From the NCBI GenBank assembly GCA_016711925.1, contig JADJSA010000007.1:18087-82086 (forward strand): a stretch of 64,000 bases of DNA. The letters run 5' to 3'. Below, piece by piece: positions 17,632 to 31,985 of the stretch. The position numbers were made by a program, and so were the translations under genes. How positions within the stretch are numbered: the stretch's first letter is position 1; each line of letters begins with the position of its first letter. This stretch comes from Candidatus Methylophosphatis haderslevensis (GTDB taxonomy: Bacteria > Pseudomonadota > Gammaproteobacteria > Burkholderiales > Rhodocyclaceae). The notes below the pieces were generated by a model. The model was not told the origin of the DNA, made no database searches, and worked only from the letters and a program-made list of their open reading frames with translations.

Positions 17632-18897
17632 TCAAGCGCGCGGGCGAAACGGCGCGTGCGCTTCCAGTTCGCTCACATAGTCGGCGATGGCGAGCGATTC
17701 GTGGTCGAGGTGGCGTTCGATCGCATCGGCAAAGCGCGGGTCGCGAATCCAGTGCGCCGAGGCGGTGCGCACCGGCAGCAGCCCGCGGGCCAGCTTGTGC
17801 TCTCCCTGGGCACCGCCTTCGAAGCGGCCGATGCCGTGGTCGATGCACCATTCGATGCCCTGGTAATAGCAGGCCTCGAAGTGCAGCAGCGGCACGTGTT
17901 CCAGTTCGCCCCAGTAGCGGCCGTAGAGCGCCTGCGCGTCGCAGATGTCGAGCGCGGCGGCAATCGGCCGTCCGGCGCGCTCGGCGACGAACAGCAGCAG
18001 GTTCTCGGGCATGCTGCGCGCGAGTTCGAGGAAGAACGCCAGGTTCAGGTATGGCTGCTGGCCGCGCTGGTGATAGGTGTTGCGGTAGCAGCGCAGGAAG
18101 CAATGCCAGTCGGCCTCGCCGATCTGCGGGCCGCGCAAATGGCGGAAGGTGACGCCGGCGTCGCGCACGCGGCGGCGCTCCTGGCGGATCTTCTTGCGCT
18201 TGTCGCGCGCCAGCGAATCGAGAAAACCGTCGAAATCCGGCCAGCCGGCGTTGTGCCAGTGAAACTGCACCGCGTGGCGAATCTGCAGGCCCGCGGCTTC
18301 GAGCAGCGCGGTGTCATTGGCGTCGGCGAACAGGATGTGCAGCGACGACACGTCGGCGTGCCGGGCGAAGCCGGTCAGCGCGCCGACCAGTGTACGGCGG
18401 GCCGGCGGGTCGGGCGCCAGCAGACGCGCGCCCGGTATCGGCGAGAACGGCACGCTGCAGACAAGCTTCGGGTAGTAGCGCTGGCCATGGCGCGCGTAGG
18501 CTTCGGCCCAGGCCCAGTCGAACACGAATTCGCCGCGCGAATGCGATTTCTCATACAGCGGCAGCGCGCCGATCAGCCGATCGTCCTGCCACAGCGTCAG
18601 GTGGCGCGGCCGCCAGCCGGTGCGTGCGCTGGCGCATCCGCTGCTCTCGAGCGCGCGCAAGAAGGCGTGCCGGACGAACGGCTGTCCGCCCGCCAGGGCA
18701 TCCCAGTCGGGGCCGGCTACGTCATCGATCGAATCGAGAATCCGCACGGTGGCGGTGGCTGGCTTGTTCAAGAGCGGTCTCGCAGAGGCATGCGCGATAG
18801 GGATCGGGCGCGAACGGGCGGTTGGCAGGGTGGGGCGAAATCGAACCGGCGCGAACCAGCGCCGGACCGGGACAATGGTACGGCATCCGCTCCGCAC
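17632..18897 (-). CDS. GNAT/FemAB-like acyltransferase fold protein (COG3146/DUF482 family)
   Basis: WDALAGGQPFVRHAFLRALESSGCASARTGW...ALPLYEKSHSRGEFVFDWAWAEAY...YYQGIEWCI... is typical of this family. The true start is probably the GTG at 18747 (VRILDSIDDV), since the upstream 50 codons are Arg/Pro-rich. Confidence 0.65.
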   Translation of the reverse strand: MRSGCRTIVPVRRWFAPVRFRPTLPTARSRPIPIAHASARPLLNKPATATVRILDSIDDVAGPDWDALAGGQPFVRHAFLRALESSGCASARTGWRPRHLTLWQDDRLIGALPLYEKSHSRGEFVFDWAWAEAYARHGQRYYPKLVCSVPFSPIPGARLLAPDPPARRTLVGALTGFARHADVSSLHILFADANDTALLEAAGLQIRHAVQFHWHNAGWPDFDGFLDSLARDKRKKIRQERRRVRDAGVTFRHLRGPQIGEADWHCFLRCYRNTYHQRGQQPYLNLAFFLELARSMPENLLLFVAERAGRPIAAALDICDAQALYGRYWGELEHVPLLHFEACYYQGIEWCIDHGIGRFEGGAQGEHKLARGLLPVRTASAHWIRDPRFADAIERHLDHESLAIADYVSELEAHAPFRPRA

Positions 18898-18941
18898 AGC
18901 CGGCGGCGCACAAGCCGGGCGGGTCGCGTTATAGTTGCCGC

Positions 18942-20564
18942 ATGACTACGTTACCGACTCTGCGCATCGCGATTGCGCAACTCAACTGCGTGCTCGGCGA
19001 TATCGCCGGCAACGCGCGGCGCATCGCCGAGATGTCGCTGCAGGCGCGCGATGCCGGCGCCGACATCGTCGTCACGCCGGAACTCGCGCTGTGCGGCTAT
19101 CCGCCCGAAGACCTGCTGCTGCGGCCGGATTTCTACCGCGCCTGCGCGCGCGAGCTGGTGGCCCTGGCGGCGCGCATCCGCGGCGTGACCCTGGTGGTCG
19201 GTTTTCCCGAGGCCGACGGCGAGCGCCGCTTCAACGCGGCCGCGGTGATCCAGGAAGGGCGCGTGATTGCCGTCTATCGCAAGCATCGCCTGCCCAACTA
19301 CGAAGTGTTCGACGAGGAGCGCTATTTCGACCATGGCACCCGGCCGTGCGTGATCGCGGTCAAGGGTATCGGTTGCGGCATCAACATCTGTGCCGACGTC
19401 TGGGAGGCCGGCGCGGCGGACGCCGCCTACGCTGCCGGCGCCCAGTTGCTGCTGGCGCTCAACGCCTCGCCGTATCACATGAACAAGCAGTCGAGCCGTT
19501 ACGAGGTGCTGCGCAACCGGATCGCCGACACCGCCATGCCGGTGATCTACGCCAACCTGGTCGGCGGGCAGGACGAACTGGTGTTCGACGGGGCGTCGTT
19601 CGCGCTCGATGCGCGCGGCGACCTGGTGTATCAGGCGCCGTCGTTCGAGGAATCGCTCGACATCGTCGAATTCGTCGATGGCGACCTGCAGCGCGGCCGG
19701 GTCGCCGCCGCCCAGCCGCTGGAAGCCGACGTCTATGGTGCGCTGCGCCTCGGGGTGCGCGACTACATCGGCAAGAACGGCTTTCCCGGCGCGATCATCG
19801 GCCTGTCGGGCGGGGTCGATTCCGCGCTCACGCTGACTATCGCGGTCGATGCGCTGGGCCCGGACAAGGTGCGCGCGGTGATGATGCCATCGCCCTACAC
19901 CGCGCAGATGAGCCTCGACGATTCGCGCGAACTGGTGGCCAACCTCGGCATCCGCTACGACGAAATCCCGATCGAACCGGCGATGAAGACCTTCGAGGCG
20001 ATGCTGGCGAAGGAGTTCGCCGGGCGCGCCGCCGACGCCACCGAAGAGAACCTGCAGGCACGCATCCGCGGCATGATCCTCATGGCATTGTCGAACAAGT
20101 TCGGCGCGATCGTGCTGACCACCGGCAACAAGAGCGAAATGGCGGTGGGGTATGCGACCCTCTACGGCGACATGGCCGGCGGCTTCGCGGTGATCAAGGA
20201 CATCTACAAGACCTTCGTCTATCGCCTGTGCGCCTGGCGCAACGGCGTGGCGCCGGTGATTCCGCAGAACATCCTGACACGCGCGCCGTCGGCCGAACTC
20301 AAGCCCGGCCAGACCGACCAGGACACCTTGCCGCCTTACGAGACGCTCGATGCGATCATCCAGTGCTACATGGAGCACGACGAGAGCCCGCGCGAAATGC
20401 TGGCCAAGGGGTTCGGCGAAACCGATGTGCGCCGCATCGTGCAAATGCTCAGGCGCAGCGAATACAAACGCCGCCAGTCGCCGGTTGGCATACGCGTGAC
20501 GCGGCGCGGCTTCGGCAAGGATTGGCGTTATCCGATAACATCGCGCTATGTCGACGAGTGGTGA
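18942..20564 (+). CDS. nadE: glutamine-dependent NAD+ synthetase
   Basis: N-terminal CN-hydrolase domain (LRIAIAQLNCVLGD, TPELALCGYPPEDLL) followed by an NAD synthase domain (GLSGGVDSAL, TTGNKSEMAVGYATLYGDM). Start at MTTLPTL. Confidence 0.92.
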   Translation: MTTLPTLRIAIAQLNCVLGDIAGNARRIAEMSLQARDAGADIVVTPELALCGYPPEDLLLRPDFYRACARELVALAARIRGVTLVVGFPEADGERRFNAAAVIQEGRVIAVYRKHRLPNYEVFDEERYFDHGTRPCVIAVKGIGCGINICADVWEAGAADAAYAAGAQLLLALNASPYHMNKQSSRYEVLRNRIADTAMPVIYANLVGGQDELVFDGASFALDARGDLVYQAPSFEESLDIVEFVDGDLQRGRVAAAQPLEADVYGALRLGVRDYIGKNGFPGAIIGLSGGVDSALTLTIAVDALGPDKVRAVMMPSPYTAQMSLDDSRELVANLGIRYDEIPIEPAMKTFEAMLAKEFAGRAADATEENLQARIRGMILMALSNKFGAIVLTTGNKSEMAVGYATLYGDMAGGFAVIKDIYKTFVYRLCAWRNGVAPVIPQNILTRAPSAELKPGQTDQDTLPPYETLDAIIQCYMEHDESPREMLAKGFGETDVRRIVQMLRRSEYKRRQSPVGIRVTRRGFGKDWRYPITSRYVDEW

Positions 20565-20623
20565 GGCGCCCGGGTATGCGTCTCGCACGGCCAGCGGATC
20601 ATCGGAAACAGCATGGAGCGTAG

Positions 20624-20965
<342 letters not shown>

Positions 20966-20993
20966 ATCTGCTTCGACAACAGGACGGCGCTGC

Positions 20994-22631
<1,638 letters not shown>

Positions 22632-22868
22632 CTATCGCGATCAATTATATCTTGGGCTTCCCCGTGGCCATTCAAGGCCCGGATTTCGTGTGGAAGTTGA
22701 TTTGATTTGTCACGGGTATTGCGCTAATTGCTTGATGACACAATAATCCGTGTCTGGCAGAGAGTGAAATCCGCATTGCCGCATTGCGGCATGCCGCGGT
22801 TTCAGTGGGCACGTCACCCAAGTGGCAGATTGGCCCGTTAGGATACAAGTACAAATCAGGAGTTGCAG

Positions 22869-23537
22869 ATGTCGAATCATCCGGTATCGCTGGCCGCGCT
22901 GAGATCCTTCCAGATGTTCCAGAATTTGCCGGACGATCGGCTTGAGTCGGTTGCCCGATGCGCGATGCTGCGAAATGTCGCGCGTGGCGCCACGGTGGTT
23001 CATGCGGGCGATCGCACGGATTTCGTGTACTTCGTTCTTTCGGGCAACCTCAAGGTTCTGGTGAGCGACGAGGAAGGCCGCGAGGTGATTCTGACCATGC
23101 TCGGCCCGGGCGAGGTGTTCGGCGAAATGGGCGTGCTTGACGAGAATCCGCGTTCGGCGACGGTACTGGCGGTGTCGTCGGCCAACCTGGTGGTGATGTC
23201 CAAGGGCGACTTCAAGCGCGTGCTGCAGGAAAACTTCGAAGTCTCGGTGCAGTTCATGAAGAACCTGATCCAGCGTCTGCGGGTGGCCGACCGCAAGATC
23301 GAGAGCCTCGCGTTGATGGACGTCTATGGCCGGGTGGCGCGCCTGTTGCTGGATATGGCGGAGAACGTTGGCGGCCAGCAGGTGGTGACCAAGAAAATCT
23401 CCAAGCAGGATATTGCCAAGATGATCGGCGCCTCGCGCGAGATGGTGAGCCGGGTGATGAAGGATCTGCAGGTGCAGGGGCTGATCGAGGAGACCGATGG
23501 TAAGGTCATCCTGCGCGAGCGGATCAACTCGATCTGA
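22869..23537 (+). CDS. Crp/Fnr-family transcriptional regulator (cNMP-binding domain plus HTH, no Fe-S Cys cluster)
   Basis: cNMP-binding motif FGEMGVLDENPRSATVLA and C-terminal HTH ISKQDIAKMIGASREMVSRVMKDL. AGGAG RBS lies upstream of ATG 22869. Confidence 0.85.
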   Translation: MSNHPVSLAALRSFQMFQNLPDDRLESVARCAMLRNVARGATVVHAGDRTDFVYFVLSGNLKVLVSDEEGREVILTMLGPGEVFGEMGVLDENPRSATVLAVSSANLVVMSKGDFKRVLQENFEVSVQFMKNLIQRLRVADRKIESLALMDVYGRVARLLLDMAENVGGQQVVTKKISKQDIAKMIGASREMVSRVMKDLQVQGLIEETDGKVILRERINSI

Positions 23538-23659
23538 TTTGCGAGGCGACCGCGCGCGGCGATGCTCGCGGCCCGTCTGTATAATCCGGGCAGAACGGTC
23601 ATTGCCCGATGGCCGAACGGTTGCGCGACCGCCGCCGCGACGCCCGAATCCCGACCTTG

Positions 23660-25957
23660 ATGCTTTCCCGCACTACCGACCGTAACGCTACCCAGCCATT
23701 GCCGGAAAAGATCGCTTCGCTGTTGCAGGAAGCGCGCTGGCTTTTGCTCGGTGTCCTCGCGCTGTATGTCGCGCTGATTCTCGCCGGCTATGACAAGGGC
23801 GATCCCGGCTGGTCTCATGCGTCGGTTGTCGAGCATATCGCCAATCCGGGGGGTCGTTTCGGTGCCTGGGCGGCCGACCTGCTGCTCGCGCTGTTCGGTT
23901 TGTCGGGCTGGTGGTGCGTCGCCTATCTGGTGATTTCCGTCCTTTGGGGGTATCGCCGCGTCAATCGTTTTTTCGTCGCCGATCGGCGGCCGTTCTGGAT
24001 TGCCTTGACCGGCTTTGTCCTGCTGATCGTGGCCAGCAGCGGGACCGAGGCGCTGCGCTTCCACAGCATGACGCGGCCTTTGCCGTTCGGCGCAGGCGGC
24101 ATGATCGGGCAGGAAGTGGCCCGGCTGGTCGGACGCGCATTCGGTTTCACTGGCGGTACCCTGCTGCTTCTGGCGATGTTTGCGGCCAGCATCAGCGTGT
24201 TTTTCGGGGTGTCGTGGCTCACCATTGTCGAGCGTTTCGGCATCCTTATCGAACATGCCTGGGCGATGAGCGTCGGGCAATGGCAGAACTGGCAGGACCG
24301 GCGGGCAGGGCGCGAGCTGGCGGAAAAACGGGAGAAGGAAGTCGAGGTCGGGCGCAAGCGGTATGTCGAAGACGCTGCGCCGCTGCGCATCGAACCGGCG
24401 GTGGTCGAGGTGGCGAAATCCGGCCGCCGCGACAAGGAGCGCCAGCAACCGCTGTTTCGCGAGTTACCCGGCGGGGCGCTGCCGCCGCTCGATCTGCTGG
24501 ACGATCCGGCGCCCGACGCCGAGCCGCCATCGCCCGACACCCTGGAATTCACTTCGCGGCTGATCGAGCGCAAGCTCGGCGATTTCGGTGTCGAAGTCAG
24601 GGTGCTGGCCGCGTATCCGGGGCCGGTGATCACGCGCTACGAGATCGAGCCGGCGGTCGGCGTCAAAGGCAGCCAGATCGTCAATCTGGTCAAGGATCTC
24701 GCGCGCGCCCTGTCGGTGATCAGCATCCGCGTGGTCGAGACGATCCCTGGCAAGTCGTGCATGGGGCTGGAGATCCCGAACGCCAAACGCCAGATGGTGA
24801 GGCTGTCCGAGATTCTCGGCTCGGCGCAATACCACGACATGCACTCGCCGCTGACGCTGGTGCTGGGCAAGGACATCGGCGGCCAGCCCAAGGTGGCCGA
24901 CCTGGCGAAGATGCCGCATCTGCTGGTCGCCGGCACCACCGGGTCCGGCAAGTCGGTCGCCATCAATGCGATGATTCTCTCGTTGCTTTACAAGAGCGAG
25001 CCCGCCAATGTGCGGTTGATACTGGTCGATCCGAAGATGCTCGAGTTGTCGGTGTACGAGGGCATTCCGCATCTGCTGGCGCCGGTGGTCACCGACATGA
25101 AATACGCCGCCAACGCGCTCAACTGGTGCGTCGGCGAGATGGAGCGACGCTACAAGCTGATGGCCACGCTTGGCGTGCGCAATCTGTCCGGCTACAACAA
25201 GCAGGTCGCCGATGCGCAGAAGGCCGGGGCGCCGCTGACCAACCCGTTCTCGATCACGCCCGAATCACCCGAGCCCTTGCAGCACATGCCGTTCATCGTG
25301 GTGGTGATCGACGAACTGGCCGACCTGATGATGGTGGTGGGCAAGAAGGTGGAGGAACTGATCGCGCGGCTGGCGCAGAAAGCGCGCGCGGCCGGCATCC
25401 ACCTGCTGCTCGCCACGCAGCGCCCCAGCGTCGACGTGATCACCGGGCTGATCAAGGCGAATATCCCGACGCGGGTTGCATTCCAGGTTTCGTCCAAGAT
25501 CGATTCGCGCACCATCCTCGACCAGATGGGCGCCGAAGCCCTGCTTGGCCAGGGCGACATGCTCTATCTGGCGCCGGGTACCGGACTGCCGGTGCGCGTT
25601 CACGGCGCCTTCGTCGCCGACGACGAAGTTCACAAGGTGGTCAACTACCTGAAGAGCCTCGGCGAGCCGGACTATGTCGAGGGAATTCTCGAGGCGGCGA
25701 TCGACGGTGATGGCGAGACCGGCGATGCGCCCGGCGGCGCGGGCAATGGCGATGGCGAGGCCGATCCGCTGTACGACCAGGCGGTCGAAATCGTGATCAA
25801 AACGCGCCGTCCGTCGATTTCGCTGGTGCAGCGCCATCTGCGCATCGGCTACAACCGCTCGGCCCGACTCATCGAGCAGATGGAGCGGGCCGGCCTCGTC
25901 TCGCCGATGGGCAGCAACGGCAATCGCGAGGTGCTGGTGCCGGCCAAGGTCGAATGA
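23660..25957 (+). CDS. ftsK: DNA translocase FtsK
   Basis: N-terminal TM segments, Walker [42 protein letters not shown], and a gamma domain ([38 protein letters not shown]). Confidence 0.92.
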   Translation: MLSRTTDRNATQPLPEKIASLLQEARWLLLGVLALYVALILAGYDKGDPGWSHASVVEHIANPGGRFGAWAADLLLALFGLSGWWCVAYLVISVLWGYRRVNRFFVADRRPFWIALTGFVLLIVASSGTEALRFHSMTRPLPFGAGGMIGQEVARLVGRAFGFTGGTLLLLAMFAASISVFFGVSWLTIVERFGILIEHAWAMSVGQWQNWQDRRAGRELAEKREKEVEVGRKRYVEDAAPLRIEPAVVEVAKSGRRDKERQQPLFRELPGGALPPLDLLDDPAPDAEPPSPDTLEFTSRLIERKLGDFGVEVRVLAAYPGPVITRYEIEPAVGVKGSQIVNLVKDLARALSVISIRVVETIPGKSCMGLEIPNAKRQMVRLSEILGSAQYHDMHSPLTLVLGKDIGGQPKVADLAKMPHLLVAGTTGSGKSVAINAMILSLLYKSEPANVRLILVDPKMLELSVYEGIPHLLAPVVTDMKYAANALNWCVGEMERRYKLMATLGVRNLSGYNKQVADAQKAGAPLTNPFSITPESPEPLQHMPFIVVVIDELADLMMVVGKKVEELIARLAQKARAAGIHLLLATQRPSVDVITGLIKANIPTRVAFQVSSKIDSRTILDQMGAEALLGQGDMLYLAPGTGLPVRVHGAFVADDEVHKVVNYLKSLGEPDYVEGILEAAIDGDGETGDAPGGAGNGDGEADPLYDQAVEIVIKTRRPSISLVQRHLRIGYNRSARLIEQMERAGLVSPMGSNGNREVLVPAKVE

Positions 25958-26021
25958 TCCACGCCAACCCGGGCGTGACATCGCGCGTTGACCGTCTGTC
26001 GACATCGATTGCACAGCGCCC

Positions 26022-26648
26022 ATGAAAAATATCCGTCTTGCCGGACTGGCGTTTCTTGCCCTGGCCATTGCGCTTTCATCGACTGCGCATGCGGCCGGCA
26101 TCGATCAGCTACGCATATTCATCGAGAATACACGCGGCGCGAAGGCCGAGTTTACCCAGACGGTGAGCGCCAAGTCTGGTCGCAAGCCGCAGACATCGAG
26201 CGGAACCTTTGCCTTCTCGCGTCCCGGGAAATTCCGCTGGATCTATGACAGACCCTACTACCAGTTGCTGGTGAGCGATGGCGAGAAACTGTGGATCCAC
26301 GACCGCGACCTGAACCAGGTCACCGTCAAGCGCGTGGGCAAGGCGCTCGGCAGCAGCCCGGCGGCGCTGCTGGCGGGGGACAATGCGTTCGAGAAGAACT
26401 TCAGCGTCAAGAATGCGGAAAGCGCGGACGGACTGGAATGGATCGAGGCGACGCCGAATCAACCGGACAGCAGCTTCGAGTCGGTGCGGATAGGCTTTCA
26501 CGAAAATTTGCCGCGGGCCATGGAACTGCGCGACAGCTTTGGCCAGACGACGCGGCTCGCGTTTGGCGCGCTGCAGGCCAACCCGGCGCTGGATGCCGGT
26601 CAGTTTCGCTTTACGCCGCCGCCCGGTGCCGACGTGGTCAGCGAGTAG
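26022..26648 (+). CDS. lolA: outer-membrane lipoprotein carrier protein LolA
   Basis: Signal peptide followed by AEFTQTV...SSGTFAFSRPGKFRW, and its position between ftsK and rarA. Confidence 0.88.
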   Translation: MKNIRLAGLAFLALAIALSSTAHAAGIDQLRIFIENTRGAKAEFTQTVSAKSGRKPQTSSGTFAFSRPGKFRWIYDRPYYQLLVSDGEKLWIHDRDLNQVTVKRVGKALGSSPAALLAGDNAFEKNFSVKNAESADGLEWIEATPNQPDSSFESVRIGFHENLPRAMELRDSFGQTTRLAFGALQANPALDAGQFRFTPPPGADVVSE

Positions 26649-26654
26649 CGCAAC

Positions 26655-27965
26655 GTGAGCGACCTGTTTTCGCCGACCGGGAGCCACGCACCGCTGGCAG
26701 AGTTGCTGCGTCCGAAATCGCCGGACGAGATCGTCGGGCAGGCGCACCTGCTGGCGCCAGGCAAGCCGCTGCGGCTGGCATTCGATTCGGGCAAGCCGCA
26801 TTCGATGATCCTCTGGGGGCCGCCCGGCGTTGGCAAGACCACGCTGGCCCGGATCATGTCGGACGCATTCGATGCCGAGTTCATTGCGCTGTCGGCGGTG
26901 TTCTCTGGCGTCAAGGACATTCGCGAAGCGATCAGCAGGGCGGAGCTGACCCTGGCGCAGAGCGGCCGCAGAACCATCCTGTTCGTCGATGAGGTTCACC
27001 GCTTCAACAAGGCGCAGCAGGATGCATTTTTGCCCTATGTCGAATCGGGGCTGCTGACCTTCATCGGCGCAACTACCGAGAATCCGTCGTTCGAGGTCAA
27101 TTCGGCTCTGCTTTCGCGCGCTTCTGTCTACGTGCTGAAAAGTCTTACCGAAGATGAACTCGGCGAGCTTTTCGCTCGCGCGCACAAGATAGCGGTGCCG
27201 GACCTGACCTTCGACAACGATGCCCGGGCACGGCTGATCGGTTTCGCCGACGGCGACGCGCGGCGCCTGCTCAATCTGCTGGAACAGATCCGAACCGCCG
27301 CACATACGGCTGGCCGCACCACTGTGGATGCCGAATTCCTCGGCGACACGCTGTCGCGCAGCCTGCGCCGGTTCGACAAGGGCGGCGATGCCTTCTACGA
27401 TCAGATCAGCGCCCTTCACAAGTCCGTGCGCGGGTCGAATCCCGACGCGTCCTTGTACTGGCTGGTGCGCATGCTCGACGGCGGGGCGGATCCGCTCTAT
27501 CTGGGCCGACGCATCGTTCGCATGGCCATTGAGGACATTGGCCTGGCCGATCCGCGCGCTCTCGAAATCGCGCTCAACGCCTGCGCCACCTACGAGCGGC
27601 TCGGCTCACCCGAGGGTGAACTGGCGCTGGCGCAAGCCGTGGTTTTTCTCGCCTGTGCGGCGAAGTCGAACGCCGTCTACGTCGCTTTCAACGCAGCGCG
27701 CAAATTTGTGTCGGAGGACGGCTCCCGGCCAGTGCCGGACCACCTGCGCGATGCACCGACACGCCTGATGAAAGACATGGGTCTGGGCAAGCAATACCGC
27801 TATGCGCACGACGAGGCCGAAGCCTACGCCGCCGGTGAAAGGTACTTTCCCGACGCCATGCCAAAGGTATCGTGGTATGCGCCGAGCGGCCGCGGCATGG
27901 AGGCGAAGATTGCGGAAAAGCTCGCCCATTTGCGCGAACTCGACCGCAAGGCAGGCAAGTCCTGA
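26655..27965 (+). CDS. rarA: replication-associated recombination protein A (MgsA/RarA AAA+ ATPase)
   Basis: LRPKSPDEIVGQAHL, Walker A GPPGVGKTTLA, ILFVDEVHRFNKAQQD and C-terminal MgsA domain motifs (YDQISALHKSVRGS). Confidence 0.92.
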   Translation: MSDLFSPTGSHAPLAELLRPKSPDEIVGQAHLLAPGKPLRLAFDSGKPHSMILWGPPGVGKTTLARIMSDAFDAEFIALSAVFSGVKDIREAISRAELTLAQSGRRTILFVDEVHRFNKAQQDAFLPYVESGLLTFIGATTENPSFEVNSALLSRASVYVLKSLTEDELGELFARAHKIAVPDLTFDNDARARLIGFADGDARRLLNLLEQIRTAAHTAGRTTVDAEFLGDTLSRSLRRFDKGGDAFYDQISALHKSVRGSNPDASLYWLVRMLDGGADPLYLGRRIVRMAIEDIGLADPRALEIALNACATYERLGSPEGELALAQAVVFLACAAKSNAVYVAFNAARKFVSEDGSRPVPDHLRDAPTRLMKDMGLGKQYRYAHDEAEAYAAGERYFPDAMPKVSWYAPSGRGMEAKIAEKLAHLRELDRKAGKS

Positions 27966-28019
27966 CGTGTCAGCGTGTTCATCGCCGAAACGCGCCGGCG
28001 GTGAAGATCGTGTCCCCTG

Positions 28020-28196
28020 TCAGGCGCGTTGGTCGCTATGGCGCGCTACCAGGCACGCGTCGTTCGAACATGACTGCTTCAACAAGTGCGCGAGTTGGGC
28101 GGCAATGATTGGCGGAACGCTCTCGCTGCGCGAGATCGTTGCGACCTCGGCTTCGGTGAGATCGCAATAGTCGAGAAAGTCTCTCAAAGTCAGCAT
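28020..28196 (-). CDS. small hypothetical protein (58 aa)
   Basis: ATG at 28196 preceded by an AAGGA RBS. MLTLRDFLDYCDLTEAEVATISRSESVPPIIAAQLAHLL. No recognisable family. Confidence 0.3.
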   Translation of the reverse strand: MLTLRDFLDYCDLTEAEVATISRSESVPPIIAAQLAHLLKQSCSNDACLVARHSDQRA

Positions 28197-28443
28197 GTTT
28201 GTTTGTCCTTGGGTTGAATGTGTCGCCGTTCCGGCTTTGAACAAGCAGGACGGAGATCGTTTTGAGAAGCGCGGCAGTATATAGTTTGCAGTCATAGGCG
28301 ACAAGAACTATTTCACACTTCGAAGAATTTTGGCGGGCATCCGGGTGCCGGATTGCGGTCAGGCGCCGCTGGGCTTTCAGCCGGCACCGCGATTTGTTGT
28401 TTCACAATCCGGGATAATCGGGAATCTTTACTGGAAGGTTTGA

Positions 28444-29745
<1,302 letters not shown>

Positions 29746-29800
29746 TCTTTTGCCGCTACACCGGTAAATTAGCGATTCATGAAATGCTGCTGGAGGTGTC

Positions 29801-30169
29801 GTGTCGAAGTCATTCGTTGAAATCACACAGGAAGTCTCGCGGGCGCTGGACGTTCTGCGGGCCGATGCGCCAGAAGCCATGCAGGGGGTCGGCGCGATGT
29901 CGCGCGGTGCCCTCAAGGACGGCGCGCTGAGCAAGCTGCACAAGGAACTGATCGCGTTGGCGGTGGGCGTGGCCGCGCGCTGCGACGCCTGCATCGGCTT
30001 CCACGTCAAGGAATTGATCCGCCTCGGTGTGACGCGGGAGCAGTTCATGGAAACTCTTGCCGTGGCGGTTTACATGGGAGGCGGACCGAACCTGATGTAT
30101 GCGGCGGAAGCGATTCGCGCCTACGACGAGTTCACTGCCCGTCTCGGTGCACCGAAGGGCGCTGGATGA
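29801..30169 (+). CDS. carboxymuconolactone decarboxylase / AhpD-like family protein
   Basis: 122 aa with the CxxC-containing motif AARCDACIGFHV. GGAGG RBS upstream of the GTG start. Confidence 0.75.
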   Translation: MSKSFVEITQEVSRALDVLRADAPEAMQGVGAMSRGALKDGALSKLHKELIALAVGVAARCDACIGFHVKELIRLGVTREQFMETLAVAVYMGGGPNLMYAAEAIRAYDEFTARLGAPKGAG

Positions 30170-30261
30170 GTCGCTGCCGCGACCATGAGTGCTGACCAGA
30201 GAAGGGGAAGTCGGTATAATTCTCGCCTCAATCGCCGGGGTCTTCCCACCCCGGATTCACC

Positions 30262-30351
30262 GGAGAGGTGCCAGAGCGGTTGAATGGGCCGGTCTCGAAA
30301 ACCGGAATAGGGGCAACTCTATCGTGGGTTCGAATCCCACCCTCTCCGCCA
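30262..30351 (+). tRNA. tRNA-Ser (anticodon CGA)
   Basis: 90 nt. Acceptor stem GGAGAGG/CCTCTCC, anticodon loop CTCGAAA, long variable arm, T-arm GGGTTCGAATCCC, encoded CCA. Confidence 0.92.
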
Positions 30352-30703
30352 AAAGACTCTATATCGCATTGATAATTATAGAGCTTTAGCAGGTTTCAAC
30401 GTCTCGCCCCCCCTTTTCACCGTCATTGAATTCCGGATTGTCGTGGTTTTCGTTGGCCTTCCGTGGATACTGCCGCCGCAGATTTCGACACTGCTTGCCC
30501 GATGACTTCGGGAACGGCGGTGCTGGCTACGGGTCCTGAGCCGGTACCGAATCGTTGGCGCATCGGTTTGGTGTAGTCAAAGAGAACGCGGCCTCTCGAT
30601 TCTTCGATCGTGAGGCCGTGAAATTGCCGGGGTAGAATTGCTGAGCCAGTCAATTCAGGAACCCTTGCAATTGCCCTGCAGCACCATGCGGATTCTGCGA
30701 ACC

Positions 30704-31789
30704 CTATGGAGACGGTACCGCGACGCGGTTGGCGGGAACTATCTGCGGCTGATAGGCGAAGACTTCGCGGCTCGACGGATCGACCAGCACCTTCAGCCAC
30801 TGTGTGTCGTTGGTGCCATTGGCTTGGTTGTCGCCGAAGGTCTCGACCCGCGTGAAGTTTTCCAGACGCCGCCCGGCTGCGTCAAGCAGCGGCCTGTCGA
30901 TGCGGAAGTAGTGCGAATCGCCATGCACGTAGGCTACCGGTTTGCGAAACGCGATGACCTGGTCGCGCAACGCCTTCAAGTAATCCTGGAAACCGTCTGG
31001 AAAGCCATCAGTTTCGGCCAGAGTCTTTGCGTCGCGCAGCGGTGCGCGATTGGGATCGTTGGCATCCCAGCCCGGATTGGCCTGCGCGATCAGCATGACC
31101 GCGACCGAGCCGCGCGCCGTTGCCTGTGCAAAGGTTTCCTTCAGCCACTGGATGTTGGCGGCATTGCGCGCGGCATACTCGGCGGCATTCGGCAGGGTGT
31201 CGCACAAGTTGTTGCACGAGCCTTGCACATTTAACGTTGCGTAGGTCACGCGGCCTACCGTCCAGCGGCGGTTCTCGCTGCAAGCGACCAGCGCGCCTTC
31301 GGCGCCCAGGCACAGTGGATCGGTTTGCACTTGCTGGCGCAACGGGTGGCGGCCGAGCGAAAAAGGCGTCCGGAAGAACAACTCGCGCTCCTTGTCGAGT
31401 TGGACCAGCGAGTTGTAGGCAGCGTTGCGATCACAGTCCACCCAGTCGTTGTCGCCCGGCGTAAACATCGCGGCGGCTTCGAGCGAGTTGAAGAACTCGA
31501 GCGCCATCGAATAGACGCTATCCGTGCATTCGCTGCTGCCCGATTTCAAGTCGCCGTCATGTACGGTGAACGCCAGTCGCTGCGAGTTCATGTCCTTGAT
31601 CAGGTTGGTCACGCCGACCACCTGGGCAGCCGAGTAGGGCAGGTCGCCCCACAGGCCGATGGCGTAGGAATGGCCGTCACGGTCGTCGCTCGTTTCGCCC
31701 TGGGCATGGGCCAGCCCGATCGCTGCGCAGGCGAGGAACGGAAAGGCAAATGTCCGCAGGCGAGTTTTTCGGGATTGTTGTTGTTTCAT
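30704..31789 (-). CDS. secreted calcineurin-like metallophosphoesterase
   Basis: Signal peptide (FAFPFLACAAIGLAHA). Motifs GLWGDLPY, HDGDLK, GDNDW, HGDSHY. Confidence 0.75.
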   Translation of the reverse strand: MKQQQSRKTRLRTFAFPFLACAAIGLAHAQGETSDDRDGHSYAIGLWGDLPYSAAQVVGVTNLIKDMNSQRLAFTVHDGDLKSGSSECTDSVYSMALEFFNSLEAAAMFTPGDNDWVDCDRNAAYNSLVQLDKERELFFRTPFSLGRHPLRQQVQTDPLCLGAEGALVACSENRRWTVGRVTYATLNVQGSCNNLCDTLPNAAEYAARNAANIQWLKETFAQATARGSVAVMLIAQANPGWDANDPNRAPLRDAKTLAETDGFPDGFQDYLKALRDQVIAFRKPVAYVHGDSHYFRIDRPLLDAAGRRLENFTRVETFGDNQANGTNDTQWLKVLVDPSSREVFAYQPQIVPANRVAVPSP

Positions 31790-31985
31790 GACTACCTCCT
31801 GAAAGTTGAGCGCAGATGGGGAATGTCGAGGGCTAAACTAGCAGGCGCAGATTGCAGACTGGTTACATCTGCAGGCAAGGGTTACGGAATTTGGCGCGCG
31901 GCGCAGCGTGATACTGACCATCGGCGTTCGATGTTTGCAATGGGTCGGACGCGGAGAGTTGCCGCGAGACGCGGAGCACGGACAT

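Noticed and set aside
17527-20588. Long antisense ORFs 17527..18945 (+) and 18951..20588 (-) opposite the COG3146 gene and nadE
   Set aside because: These are shadow ORFs. The opposite frames carry clear family motifs.
30352-30703. Integrative island at tRNA-Ser (integrase or att duplication), including ORF 30423..30800 (-)
   Set aside because: No integrase-like protein is recognisable, and I found no repeat of the tRNA 3' end further downstream. The 125-aa ORF overlaps the phosphoesterase gene end and has no recognisable family. Only the term accessory block is justified.
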